A stretch of 64,000 bases of DNA from an uncultured Hyphomicrobiales bacterium. GTDB lineage: Bacteria; Pseudomonadota; Alphaproteobacteria; Rhizobiales; HXMU1428-3. Positions 18,563-26,629 of the stretch are shown piece by piece. The stretch lies in contig CAXIBI010000001.1 of assembly GCA_964022305.1 (NCBI GenBank), positions 4,208 to 68,207 of the forward strand, in the 5' to 3' direction. Under the pieces are notes generated by a model. It saw only the letters and a program-made list of their open reading frames with translations. It ran no database searches and was not told the DNA's origin. The position numbers and the translations under genes are program-made. Each line of letters opens with the position of its first letter. The first letter of the stretch is position 1.

Positions 18563-19990
18563 CTATGTTTTTGCCAACTGTTTCGCGCTTATGGTTTTTG
18601 GCTTGAATAATTTCTTTTCGATGTAACCAATAATCTCTTGGGCTAAATCTTTTTCATTAACTTGTTGTATACCTTTAAGACCAGGTGAAGAATTCACCTC
18701 TAATAACAAAGGCCCTTTGTTTGAGCGCAAGATATCAACGCCAGCAAGGCTAAGACCAAAAGCTTTGGCGGCTTTCACGGCCATCTGGCGCTCTTCTTTG
18801 GTGATTTTCACTTTTTCAGCAGAACCCCCTTGATGAATATTGGCACGAAACTCACCAGGCTCAGCTGAGCGCTGCATTGTTGCAATCACTTTAGACCCCA
18901 GAACCAAGCATCTGATGTCAGACCCTTCAGATTCGCCAATAAATTCTTGGACGAGAAAATCCGCATCAATTCCTCTAAAGGCATCAATCACCGACTCAGC
19001 TGCTTTTTTTGTCTCGGCTAAAACCACACCCTTGCCTTGTGAGCTTTTTAATAATTTCACCACCAAAGGCGCACCATTGACCAGTTTGATTAAATCTTCT
19101 GTGTTTTTAGGTGAGCTTGCAAAAGCTGTGATTGGCATTGGCAAACCATGGCGCGCCATAACCTGATGCGCTAATAACTTATCTCGTGATCGATAAATGG
19201 AATCAGCTGAATTTAAACAAAGAGCACCTGTCATATCAAATTGGCGTACGATTGAGGTACCATAGGATGTGATTGGAGCGCCAATTCTTGGAATGATGGC
19301 GTCAAACCTTGGCAATTGCTTGCCATTATAATGAAGCCCAGCTGTGAGCGAGTTAATGTTCATGTAGCACGATGTGGTCTCAATTGGCTCTATGACATGG
19401 TCATTTTTTTCAGCCGCCTCAATGATTTGCTTATTTGAATAATTGCCAGGATCCATTGTGAGGAGACCGATGCGCAATGACCGTGCAACAGGACTTTGTG
19501 ATTTTACCTTTTTATATATAGAGAATGAAAGCTCATCTAATAAATATTCAGCGCTTGGCTCAACAACCAGTTGTGCAGTGTCCATAGCTTCACGGCCTAT
19601 GAGCATGCGATGCTGCAAATTTTCTCTGTTTGTTAGTGAAACTTCAATCGGCCAACTATTATCACCGATTGCCAGATCCGTTTTGATTATGGTTCTGAAT
19701 TCACTTTCACCATTTGAGCTTGTGATATAACGGCGATCAATAATGGGGGCCGTGCAGTAGATGATGAGCTCTTCATTGCCATCTATGGGTTTAACGCCAA
19801 AACGTACTTTGGGTCTCTCTATTGGCCCAAATGTTTCAATATCTATAGCATGTAATGCAGATGTTTTAGCCCCTGTATCTATTTTGGCATGTATGGCTTC
19901 TAAGCCTAATTTGGGTAATCTTACCCATTCGCGCCAACCAACAGAAATAGATGATAGGGGGGAAAGATCTGGTGTATTTTCCATATCCAT
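18563..19990 (-). CDS. rimK: Fusion of a retropepsin-like (RimB/DUF785-type) domain and a RimK-family ATP-grasp alpha-L-glutamate ligase
   Basis: N-terminus: WREWVRLPKLGL..IHAKIDTGAKTSALHA (a DTGA aspartic-protease-like motif). C-terminus matches the RimK core: FRANIHQGGSAEKV...AGVDILRSNKGPLLLEVNSSPGLKGI. Confidence 0.85.
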   Translation of the reverse strand: MDMENTPDLSPLSSISVGWREWVRLPKLGLEAIHAKIDTGAKTSALHAIDIETFGPIERPKVRFGVKPIDGNEELIIYCTAPIIDRRYITSSNGESEFRTIIKTDLAIGDNSWPIEVSLTNRENLQHRMLIGREAMDTAQLVVEPSAEYLLDELSFSIYKKVKSQSPVARSLRIGLLTMDPGNYSNKQIIEAAEKNDHVIEPIETTSCYMNINSLTAGLHYNGKQLPRFDAIIPRIGAPITSYGTSIVRQFDMTGALCLNSADSIYRSRDKLLAHQVMARHGLPMPITAFASSPKNTEDLIKLVNGAPLVVKLLKSSQGKGVVLAETKKAAESVIDAFRGIDADFLVQEFIGESEGSDIRCLVLGSKVIATMQRSAEPGEFRANIHQGGSAEKVKITKEERQMAVKAAKAFGLSLAGVDILRSNKGPLLLEVNSSPGLKGIQQVNEKDLAQEIIGYIEKKLFKPKTISAKQLAKT

Positions 19991-20026
19991 CTAGAGCCTA
20001 TAAATGAAAAAATTATGTATCAGGAA

Positions 20027-20554
20027 TTAATCGCTTTTACTTGTGCATCTATCAAATGCAGATTCATATTCCCATACTTCATTTTCTGTTTTGCAGGCAA
20101 GTATAACTGTTTTGAAGTCAGGGTCACTTTCAAGATAGTGCAAAATTTCTTGCATGGCGATAAAAGCGGCTCTTTGCGGGGGAAATCCTTTTTCGCCTGT
20201 TGAAATCGTTGGGAAGGCAATGTTTGAAATTTTGAATGTTTTGCCGATTTCAAAGCAATTTTTATAACAATGCCTTAGGTAGATATCTTCATCAGCCTCA
20301 CCGCCGCCCCAGGCTGGACCAGCTGTATGGATGACAAAATTGGCCGCTAAATCATAGCCTCTTGTTATGCGGGCTTCACCAACTGGACAGGGAGCAACGT
20401 GTTTGCACTCTTCAGCTAATTTTGGCCCTGCGAGTGCATGGAGAGTTTCTTCCTCAGTGGTTGCGGCTAAGAGGGAGGGATGCGCGCTATTGACAATCGC
20501 ATCACACTTCAGGCTTGTGATGTCGATTTCTCTTATTTCTATTCTAGATGGCAT
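20027..20554 (-). CDS. Macro domain protein (YmdB/MacroD-like) with a degenerate catalytic loop 1
   Basis: CDAIVNSAHPSLL, IHTAGPAWGGG and IAFPTISTGEKGFP match the macro fold. The usual NAAN...GGGGVDGAIH is replaced by NSAH...AATTEEETLH. Confidence 0.8.
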   Translation of the reverse strand: MPSRIEIREIDITSLKCDAIVNSAHPSLLAATTEEETLHALAGPKLAEECKHVAPCPVGEARITRGYDLAANFVIHTAGPAWGGGEADEDIYLRHCYKNCFEIGKTFKISNIAFPTISTGEKGFPPQRAAFIAMQEILHYLESDPDFKTVILACKTENEVWEYESAFDRCTSKSD

Positions 20555-20712
20555 ATGCCCCTCATTAAAACCGCCTAAGACATTTCATTCACTAAGACAT
20601 ATATGATTCGAGCTCTAATCTCCATTCATAGGAAATCGTCTTACCGCATTCTTTTTCAAGGTTTCAAACTATAGCTTTTCATCATCTGACCCTTGGCTTG
20701 TCATGCCAGACC

Positions 20713-20734
20713 TGTTATATGGAATAATGTAACA
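20713..20734. promoter_or_regulatory. Candidate Zur box in the zur / macro-rimK divergent region
   Basis: Inverted repeat TGTTATAT-ggaata-ATGTAACA (7 of 8 arm positions pair), ending 18 bp upstream of the zur start. The arms resemble the TGTTAT/ATAACA Zur half-sites, but the spacing differs from the E. coli box. Confidence 0.35.
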
Positions 20735-20751
20735 AAAGTTGGTAAGACGAT

Positions 20752-21306
20752 ATGAAACAATCTCTTTTTCCTCAGCATGACCATGATCATAGCGATTGTA
20801 CGGCCAATTTAATGAAATTTGCTGATCGCTATTGTCAACAAACTGGTTTAAGGCTGACGAAATTGCGACGTATGGTCTTAGAGCAAGTGGCAGCAAGCCA
20901 TAAAGCGATTGGTGCTTATCAGATTCTTGATAATTTGCAAGCTGAGGGGCACAAATTAGCGCCAATTTCAGTTTATCGGAGTTTGGACTTTCTGCAGGAA
21001 GCTGGGCTTATACATCGTTTAGAAAGTACGAATTCTTATTTCGCCTGCCAAAGGAATTTTGATGAAGACTTAGATGGTAAGAATAAAAGTCTCTTGAGTA
21101 GATGCTCGAAAGTTGATCCCCTTGTGTTCCTGATTTGTGAAGATTGTGGGACGATTGGTGAAGTTGAGGAAAGCTCACTTGTTAATCTTATTAATAGTGT
21201 TGCTAGCGCCAATCATTTTGATGTAGAGCGTAGTCAATTAGAGATTAAGGGAACTTGTACCAGTTGCCAAAATCCGTCTATCAAAAAATCAAAGGCAAGT
21301 TCATAA
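20752..21306 (+). CDS. zur: Zinc uptake regulator, Fur family
   Basis: N-terminal HDHDHSDC. Winged-helix LRLTKLRRMVLEQV...VYRSLDFLQEAGLIHRLE. CxxC pairs (CEDCG, CTSC). Sits directly upstream of znuCB. Confidence 0.85.
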   Translation: MKQSLFPQHDHDHSDCTANLMKFADRYCQQTGLRLTKLRRMVLEQVAASHKAIGAYQILDNLQAEGHKLAPISVYRSLDFLQEAGLIHRLESTNSYFACQRNFDEDLDGKNKSLLSRCSKVDPLVFLICEDCGTIGEVEESSLVNLINSVASANHFDVERSQLEIKGTCTSCQNPSIKKSKASS

Positions 21307-21327
21307 ACTGCGCAACTGTTATTTGTT

Positions 21328-22236
21328 TTGAGTGAGAAAAACCTTATGGCTGAGATGCCCGTTCATTCCAAAGAAGAAGATTTACCGCCCTCAAAAGAGA
21401 GTGCAAATTCTCTAGAAGGATCACAGCAAGAAATTCCTCTTATTGAAGCGCATTCAATTGGTTTTCTGCGCGATGGACGATGGATTTTAAAGGATATTGA
21501 TTTTACAATTCATAAGGGTGAAATCGTAACATTAATCGGCCCTAATGGTGGTGGTAAAACAACCTTTGCCAGAATTTGCCTTGGTATTCTACAAGCCGAA
21601 GAAGGAAAATTGGTTAGGCAAGATGATCTTACAATCGGTTATGTTCCCCAGCGCTTAAAACTTGATCGAACTTTGCCTTTAACGGTGCGCCGGTTTTTAA
21701 CGGTACGTCACAAAGTCTCTTCCAAGGATCTCTTGTCCGCCCTCATTGAAGTCGGTTCTTCTCACCTTATTGATACTCAGATGTCATCTCTCTCAGGCGG
21801 AGAGATGCAACGTGTTTTGCTTGCGCGAGCGCTTGTTAACAAACCTGATCTCCTCGTTCTAGACGAGCCTGCACAAGGGGTAGACTTTGCTGGTGAAGCC
21901 GCACTTTATGATCTTATCTCTAAAATTCGAGATCGGTTCGGTTGTGCTATTTTACTGATCTCACATGATCTCCATATCGTGATGGGTTCAAGTGACCGCG
22001 TGTTATGCCTTAATGGTCATGTGTGTTGTGCTGGTGTGCCAGAGCAGATTAGCCTTCATCCTGAATATGAAAGATTATTCGGACCTAACCGTGGGCAGAC
22101 TTATGGTATTTATGCTCACAGTCATGATCATAGTCACGCACTTTCTGGTGAAGAGCTTGACCCTTGTTGTTCTCATGAACACCCCTCACCTGAAACACCA
22201 GAAACCGACCCAGAAGACAGCAAGGATAAACCTTAA
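21328..22236 (+). CDS. znuC: Zinc ABC transporter ATP-binding protein with a His/Cys-rich tail
   Basis: Walker A GPNGGGKTT, signature LSGGEMQRV, Walker B LLVLDEP. C-terminus HSHDHSHALSGEELDPCCSHEH. The start could instead be ATG 21346. Confidence 0.9.
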   Translation: MSEKNLMAEMPVHSKEEDLPPSKESANSLEGSQQEIPLIEAHSIGFLRDGRWILKDIDFTIHKGEIVTLIGPNGGGKTTFARICLGILQAEEGKLVRQDDLTIGYVPQRLKLDRTLPLTVRRFLTVRHKVSSKDLLSALIEVGSSHLIDTQMSSLSGGEMQRVLLARALVNKPDLLVLDEPAQGVDFAGEAALYDLISKIRDRFGCAILLISHDLHIVMGSSDRVLCLNGHVCCAGVPEQISLHPEYERLFGPNRGQTYGIYAHSHDHSHALSGEELDPCCSHEHPSPETPETDPEDSKDKP

Positions 22237-22240
22237 GAAT

Positions 22241-23020
22241 ATGGATGACTTTATAATACGTGCAGGGCTTGGGGGCATCGGGATGGCGCTCATAGCAGCT
22301 CCTCTTGGTTGTTATGTTGTGTGGCAGCGCATGGCTTATTTTGGGGAAACCATTGCTCATTCTGGTTTACTTGGTGTTGCTTTTGGGCTTCTAACTTCGA
22401 TCAATTTGACACTCGGTGTTTTCTTGGCGGCTGTGATGGTCACTTTTGGTCTCAGAGCTGTTGAGCGAAAAACATATTTAGCGAAAGATACAGCTCTTGG
22501 CCTTATCGCTCATGTGGTGCTCGCGCTTGGTCTCATTGTCACTAGCCAGTTTCAATCTCTGCAAGTTGACATGATGGGATTGTTATTTGGTGATATTTTA
22601 GCGATTTCCAAACTTGATCTCATCCTTGTTCTTGGAGGGCTCATTGCCATTTGGGGGCTGATTGCTTGGCTTTGGCAAGATATGATGGCTCTTAGCATTG
22701 ACCGCGAGCTTGCACTTGCTGAAGGCGTCCGGGTTAACAAAGTTGAATTTCTACTCTCAATGGCAATCGCGGCAACGGTTGCTCTTTCTATGAAGCTTGT
22801 TGGCTTATTACTTGTAACCGCTATGCTTATCATCCCGGCAGCTGGTGCCATGGGGCTAGCTAGAACGCCTGAGCAAATGGTACTTTATACAGCGTTTATT
22901 TCCTGTCTTTCTGTTTTATGCGGGCTGTTTGCATCGTTCTATGTTGATATTCCTACCGGGCCAGCGATTGTTGTGGCGATGGCGTTCTTCTTCTTGTTAA
23001 CCAGTTTGGTGAAACGTTAG
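22241..23020 (+). CDS. znuB: Zinc ABC transporter permease (ABC-3 family)
   Basis: MDDFIIRAGLGGIG... begins 5 nt after the znuC stop, and the protein is polytopic and hydrophobic. The track ORF (21992) extends 83 codons upstream, overlapping znuC, and I treat that extension as spurious. Confidence 0.9.
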   Translation: MDDFIIRAGLGGIGMALIAAPLGCYVVWQRMAYFGETIAHSGLLGVAFGLLTSINLTLGVFLAAVMVTFGLRAVERKTYLAKDTALGLIAHVVLALGLIVTSQFQSLQVDMMGLLFGDILAISKLDLILVLGGLIAIWGLIAWLWQDMMALSIDRELALAEGVRVNKVEFLLSMAIAATVALSMKLVGLLLVTAMLIIPAAGAMGLARTPEQMVLYTAFISCLSVLCGLFASFYVDIPTGPAIVVAMAFFFLLTSLVKR

Positions 23021-23098
23021 GTCTAGGCCCCTTACTTTTTGACCTCTATAAGCTATGTTCAAGCGCTTTGAAAACTGGTATGTAACGGCAGAAATTAA

Positions 23099-24340
23099 GT
23101 GAAAGGTTCGCCCCTCGTGACGCTTCTTCCCAGACATAAAACAACACCGGTGACCGTTGGCACTGTTACCGTTGGCGGAGATGCGCCAATTGTTGTGCAA
23201 TCCATGACCAATACGGACACGGCTGATATAGACAAAACCACAGAGCAAGTGGCTGCCCTAGCTCGCGCTGGATCAGAGGTGGTGCGCATTACGGTTGACC
23301 GTGAAGAAGCTGCTAAAGCTGTCCCGTACATTCGGGACAATCTGGCTAAGATGAATATTGAAGTTCCGCTTGTCGGAGATTTTCACTATATCGGCCATAC
23401 GCTTCTTAATGATCATCCAGCGATGGCTGAAGCTTTGGCGAAATATCGGATTAACCCTGGTAATGTTGGTTTTAAGAAAAAGCGCGATACGCAATTTTCG
23501 CAAATGATTGAAACGGCTTTAAAATTTGATAAACCGGTTCGCATTGGTGTGAATTGGGGCTCGCTTGATCAAGAACTTCTTACCGGCTTAATGGATGAAA
23601 ACGCTAAACTCGAGACCCCCAAAGACGCACGCGCTGTGATGCATGAGGCGATTGTGCAATCGGCTCTCCTTAGCACTGAGCGAGCTAACGAACTTGGCAT
23701 GAGCAATGATAAAATCATCTTGTCTGCGAAAGTGAGCGCGGTACAAGACCTGATTGCGGTTTATCGTTTACTTGCCAGCCGCTCAAATAATGCGTTGCAT
23801 TTAGGCCTAACGGAAGCGGGCATGGGCTCGAAAGGTATTGTGGCGTCTACTGCTGGGCTTGCTATTCTCTTACAAGAAGGGCTTGGTGATACCATCCGTA
23901 TTTCTCTCACGCCAGAGCCTGGCGGCGACCGCACAAAAGAAGTGCAAGTGGGGCAAGAGATTTTACAATCGATGGGCCTTAGAGCTTTCATGCCTGTGGT
24001 TACTGCTTGCCCGGGGTGTGGACGCACAACCAGCACGGTTTTCCAAGAATTGGCGCAAGATATTCAAAACCATATCAATGCAAGTATGCCAAGTTGGCGA
24101 ACGAAATATCCCGGTGTTGAATCTCTCAACCTTGCGGTTATGGGCTGCATCGTGAATGGTCCTGGCGAATCCAAACATGCTGATATTGGCATTAGCCTAC
24201 CTGGCACTGGCGAGACGCCTGCGGCTCCTGTATTCATCGATGGGAAAAAAGCCATGACGTTACGCGGGGAGCGGATAGCTGAGGAGTTCCAGGCTATCGT
24301 TCAAGATTATATCGAAACCCGATATGGTGGAGAGGCGTAA
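23099..24340 (+). CDS. ispG: 4-hydroxy-3-methylbut-2-en-1-yl diphosphate synthase
   Basis: [34 protein letters not shown], and [19 protein letters not shown] motifs. Confidence 0.95.
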   Translation: MKGSPLVTLLPRHKTTPVTVGTVTVGGDAPIVVQSMTNTDTADIDKTTEQVAALARAGSEVVRITVDREEAAKAVPYIRDNLAKMNIEVPLVGDFHYIGHTLLNDHPAMAEALAKYRINPGNVGFKKKRDTQFSQMIETALKFDKPVRIGVNWGSLDQELLTGLMDENAKLETPKDARAVMHEAIVQSALLSTERANELGMSNDKIILSAKVSAVQDLIAVYRLLASRSNNALHLGLTEAGMGSKGIVASTAGLAILLQEGLGDTIRISLTPEPGGDRTKEVQVGQEILQSMGLRAFMPVVTACPGCGRTTSTVFQELAQDIQNHINASMPSWRTKYPGVESLNLAVMGCIVNGPGESKHADIGISLPGTGETPAAPVFIDGKKAMTLRGERIAEEFQAIVQDYIETRYGGEA

Positions 24341-24349
24341 CGGTTTTTA

Positions 24350-24465
24350 TCTCTCACGGCTATTCCATGAGCTGAAGCACATGGGCCTCCGAGGGGCGGC
24401 GCAACGCGCCGGGCTTCACTCTCGTTTCGCCATGTCCTGACGCCGAAATGGCGTCACTCCTTCTA
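24350..24465 (+). repeat. Modular intergenic repeat, copy D (directly 3' of ispG)
   Basis: TCTCTCACGGCTATT, hairpin ccatgagc-tgaa-gcacatgg, ggcgc-aac-gcgcc, GCCATGTCC, hairpin tgacgcc-gaaa-tggcgtca, CTCCTTCT. Confidence 0.85.
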
Positions 24466-24501
24466 CAGTATTCATGTAATGTATATAGTCAATTGTACTA
24501 A

Positions 24502-24597
24502 GCTCAGGCTGATCTGGTACGCGGGAAAAAGATAGCTGAAGAGTTTCAGGTTATCGTTCAGGATTATATCGAGACAAGATACGGTGGAGAGGCGTAA
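24502..24597 (+). pseudogene. Diverged duplicate of the last ~30 codons of ispG
   Basis: 24518-24597 aligns without gaps to 24261-24340, with 12 mismatches in 80 nt. It translates to ..[26 protein letters not shown], versus [26 protein letters not shown] in ispG. It is followed by its own repeat copy. Confidence 0.8.
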
Positions 24598-24605
24598 GGT
24601 TTTTA

Positions 24606-24783
24606 TCTCTCACGGCTATTTCAAACGCTATCGCGTTTGAGCCTGCGAGGGCGCGGTGCTAAGCACCGGACGCCATTGGCGTCATGTCCTTCAGCCCAAA
24701 GAAGGGCTGAACTCCTTCTTCATACAGTTCCTTTTGCGTTACTCCATGTCCTACTGCTTGAGAGAAGCAGTGCTCCTTCTTCG
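24606..24783 (+). repeat. Modular intergenic repeat, copy E (with a duplicated 3' module)
   Basis: TCTCTCACGGCTATT, hairpin caaacgc-tatc-gcgtttg, ggtgc-taa-gcacc, CATGTCC, hairpin ttcagccc-aaagaa-gggctgaa, CTCCTTCTTC. A second CCATGTCC, hairpin (tactgcttgagagaagcagtg) and CTCCTTCTTCG follow. Confidence 0.85.
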
Positions 24784-24838
24784 ATAAGCAAGTATGTAAA
24801 GTAAAGAGTAATCCGCTTAGAATGATCTTGCATACGAC

Positions 24839-24880
24839 AAAAAAATAGCCGCGCTTATCTTAAAAATAAGCGCGGCTATT
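24839..24880 (-). terminator. Rho-independent terminator of the vWA operon (bidirectional hairpin)
   Basis: 15-bp stem aatagccgcgcttat / ataagcgcggctatt, with an A-run on the plus strand (a T-run for the minus-strand transcript). Confidence 0.8.
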
Positions 24881-24900
24881 TGAGTTTTATGGTGTAGGTT

Positions 24901-26553
24901 TTACATTTCTGCTTTGATAAACTGACCTTCTTTGATCACCACTTCTGGTGCAATGGTTTGTCGTTTACTTCCTTTGATTTTCATATCGAAGCGATAGCGA
25001 CCTGCGCCAAGTGGCATAGGGCCCCATTTTTTATAGAGGCTTGTTTCTTGCTTGGTGTCCAGGTTCATGGCGTAAACCGTAAACTCACCTTTCACTTGGG
25101 TTTTAAATGTAATGCCAGAGGTGAGTTTTGGATCTACAAACCCTTCTTCCGTTACTTTTATTTCGCCAAATGGGGCGGCTTTCCAGCCATGTTCTTTTAG
25201 ACGGAAGCTCACTTTATAAGTGCCTTTAGGTAAAATGGTCAGGCCTTGTTTGCGCATGCGAAGTTTGCCGCCCTTTTGATCTTCGAGCTGCACGTAATAA
25301 ATGCGGTCTCCCCACTCTTTGCGCCATGTGAGGTTCATGCCTTGATCAAGCGGGTATTGCAGTAGCTCCCCTTCTTTTAAAGTTACTTTGCCTAAGTTCA
25401 CTTCTGTATAGCCATGCTCACCCTGGCGATAAATTAAAGTGTAATCTCCAGCTGGTACAGGCACTGGGTCATAAACTGAATACCAGGCCGCGGCTTCGCG
25501 TTTGTGGTAGAACTTATGGATTTTTGAACCGTGTGGAATTAATTGCCAGTAGTAAGGGCGCTTCATTCCCTTAGGGGCGACAAGTTGGATGCCTGTTTTA
25601 ATTTCAGCAATGCTCACTTCACCAGATTTTACGTCGATCACTTGTGGTAGGTTCACCTCATGTGCGCCATGCTCCAGATGGCGCCAGGCAATTTGATAAG
25701 AGCCGGGCATGACAACCATTTCATCTTTGGAGGTTTTTGCAATTACCTCTCCAGTTTCAGGGTCTAGAACTTTCCAATATTTTGGCTTCTTGGTCCATGA
25801 GGCCAGTTTTAATCGAATGGTGCCTGGGCCTTTGATTTTCAAGGTTGTGGTTTCAGCTTTTTCAACAACAGGTTCCACTACAGCTTCAACAGGTGGTGCC
25901 ATTTCTATCGGCTCTTCAGTTTTGATGCTTTCTGTCACTTTATTGAGCGCTGTTGAAAGACCGTTATAATCATCGGCGGTGAAATACGCGCCGCGTCCTT
26001 TTTCTGCGATACATTGCAGCTGCTTGGCAGCAACGCCATCTACCGCATAACCAACAACATGAATTTTCAGATTTGAATGTGATTTTGCTAAAGCATCTGC
26101 AACGGCACAGGGGTCGCCTTTACAGGTTTCAAGGCCATCGCTGACCAGTACAATCGTTGTTGGGTCTTCAATGCCAGTTAAGGCTTTGCCGGCCATGGTA
26201 AGTGCGTTAGAAATAGGTGTTTTGCCGCGCGGCATTAATTGCCCGATTTGGTTGGCAATTTTTTGACCGCCCCCAGCTTGCGCTTTTTGGACCATTTCAA
26301 TGTCGCTGCAATCACCTTTGCGGCGGTGGCCATAAGCGATTAAACCGGCTGACACGGATGAGGGTAATTGACCAACCACATCTTTAAGTACAGATTTGGC
26401 GGCTTTAATTTTGGTTTGTTTATCTGGCAACTGGCCCCACATGGACCCTGAAGCATCCAGAATAAAGAGTGACGTTTTATCAGCAAAGGCCGGGCTGATG
26501 AACAGCCCTGAAACCATCACCAATATTGATGTCAACAAACTCAACTTTTTCAT
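24901..26553 (-). CDS. Secreted von Willebrand factor A domain protein with four C-terminal beta-rich repeats
   Basis: Signal peptide MKKLSLLTSILVMVSGLFISPAFA. MIDAS motif LFILDASGSMWG. Four repeats of G.Y.(I/V)..R..EHG...(V)..G.(V/I).(V/L)KEGE. Start moved to the second ATG (26553), behind AAAGGA; the track start is 26562. Confidence 0.85.
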   Translation of the reverse strand: MKKLSLLTSILVMVSGLFISPAFADKTSLFILDASGSMWGQLPDKQTKIKAAKSVLKDVVGQLPSSVSAGLIAYGHRRKGDCSDIEMVQKAQAGGGQKIANQIGQLMPRGKTPISNALTMAGKALTGIEDPTTIVLVSDGLETCKGDPCAVADALAKSHSNLKIHVVGYAVDGVAAKQLQCIAEKGRGAYFTADDYNGLSTALNKVTESIKTEEPIEMAPPVEAVVEPVVEKAETTTLKIKGPGTIRLKLASWTKKPKYWKVLDPETGEVIAKTSKDEMVVMPGSYQIAWRHLEHGAHEVNLPQVIDVKSGEVSIAEIKTGIQLVAPKGMKRPYYWQLIPHGSKIHKFYHKREAAAWYSVYDPVPVPAGDYTLIYRQGEHGYTEVNLGKVTLKEGELLQYPLDQGMNLTWRKEWGDRIYYVQLEDQKGGKLRMRKQGLTILPKGTYKVSFRLKEHGWKAAPFGEIKVTEEGFVDPKLTSGITFKTQVKGEFTVYAMNLDTKQETSLYKKWGPMPLGAGRYRFDMKIKGSKRQTIAPEVVIKEGQFIKAEM

Positions 26554-26629
26554 TACACACATCCTTTGATCAGTTTATTGGTTTGAAATTTTTCGTTAAA
26601 TCGCATTAAAATTCTTTGAGAGAACGCCT

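Noticed and set aside
20669-20965. 98-aa minus-strand ORF spanning the zur start and promoter
   Set aside because: It overlaps the well-supported zur gene antisense and covers the candidate Zur box. No recognisable protein features.
21992-22240. N-terminal 83-codon extension of the znuB ORF
   Set aside because: It overlaps the 3' end of znuC in another frame. A good ATG (22241) directly follows the znuC stop and starts the hydrophobic ZnuB-like sequence.
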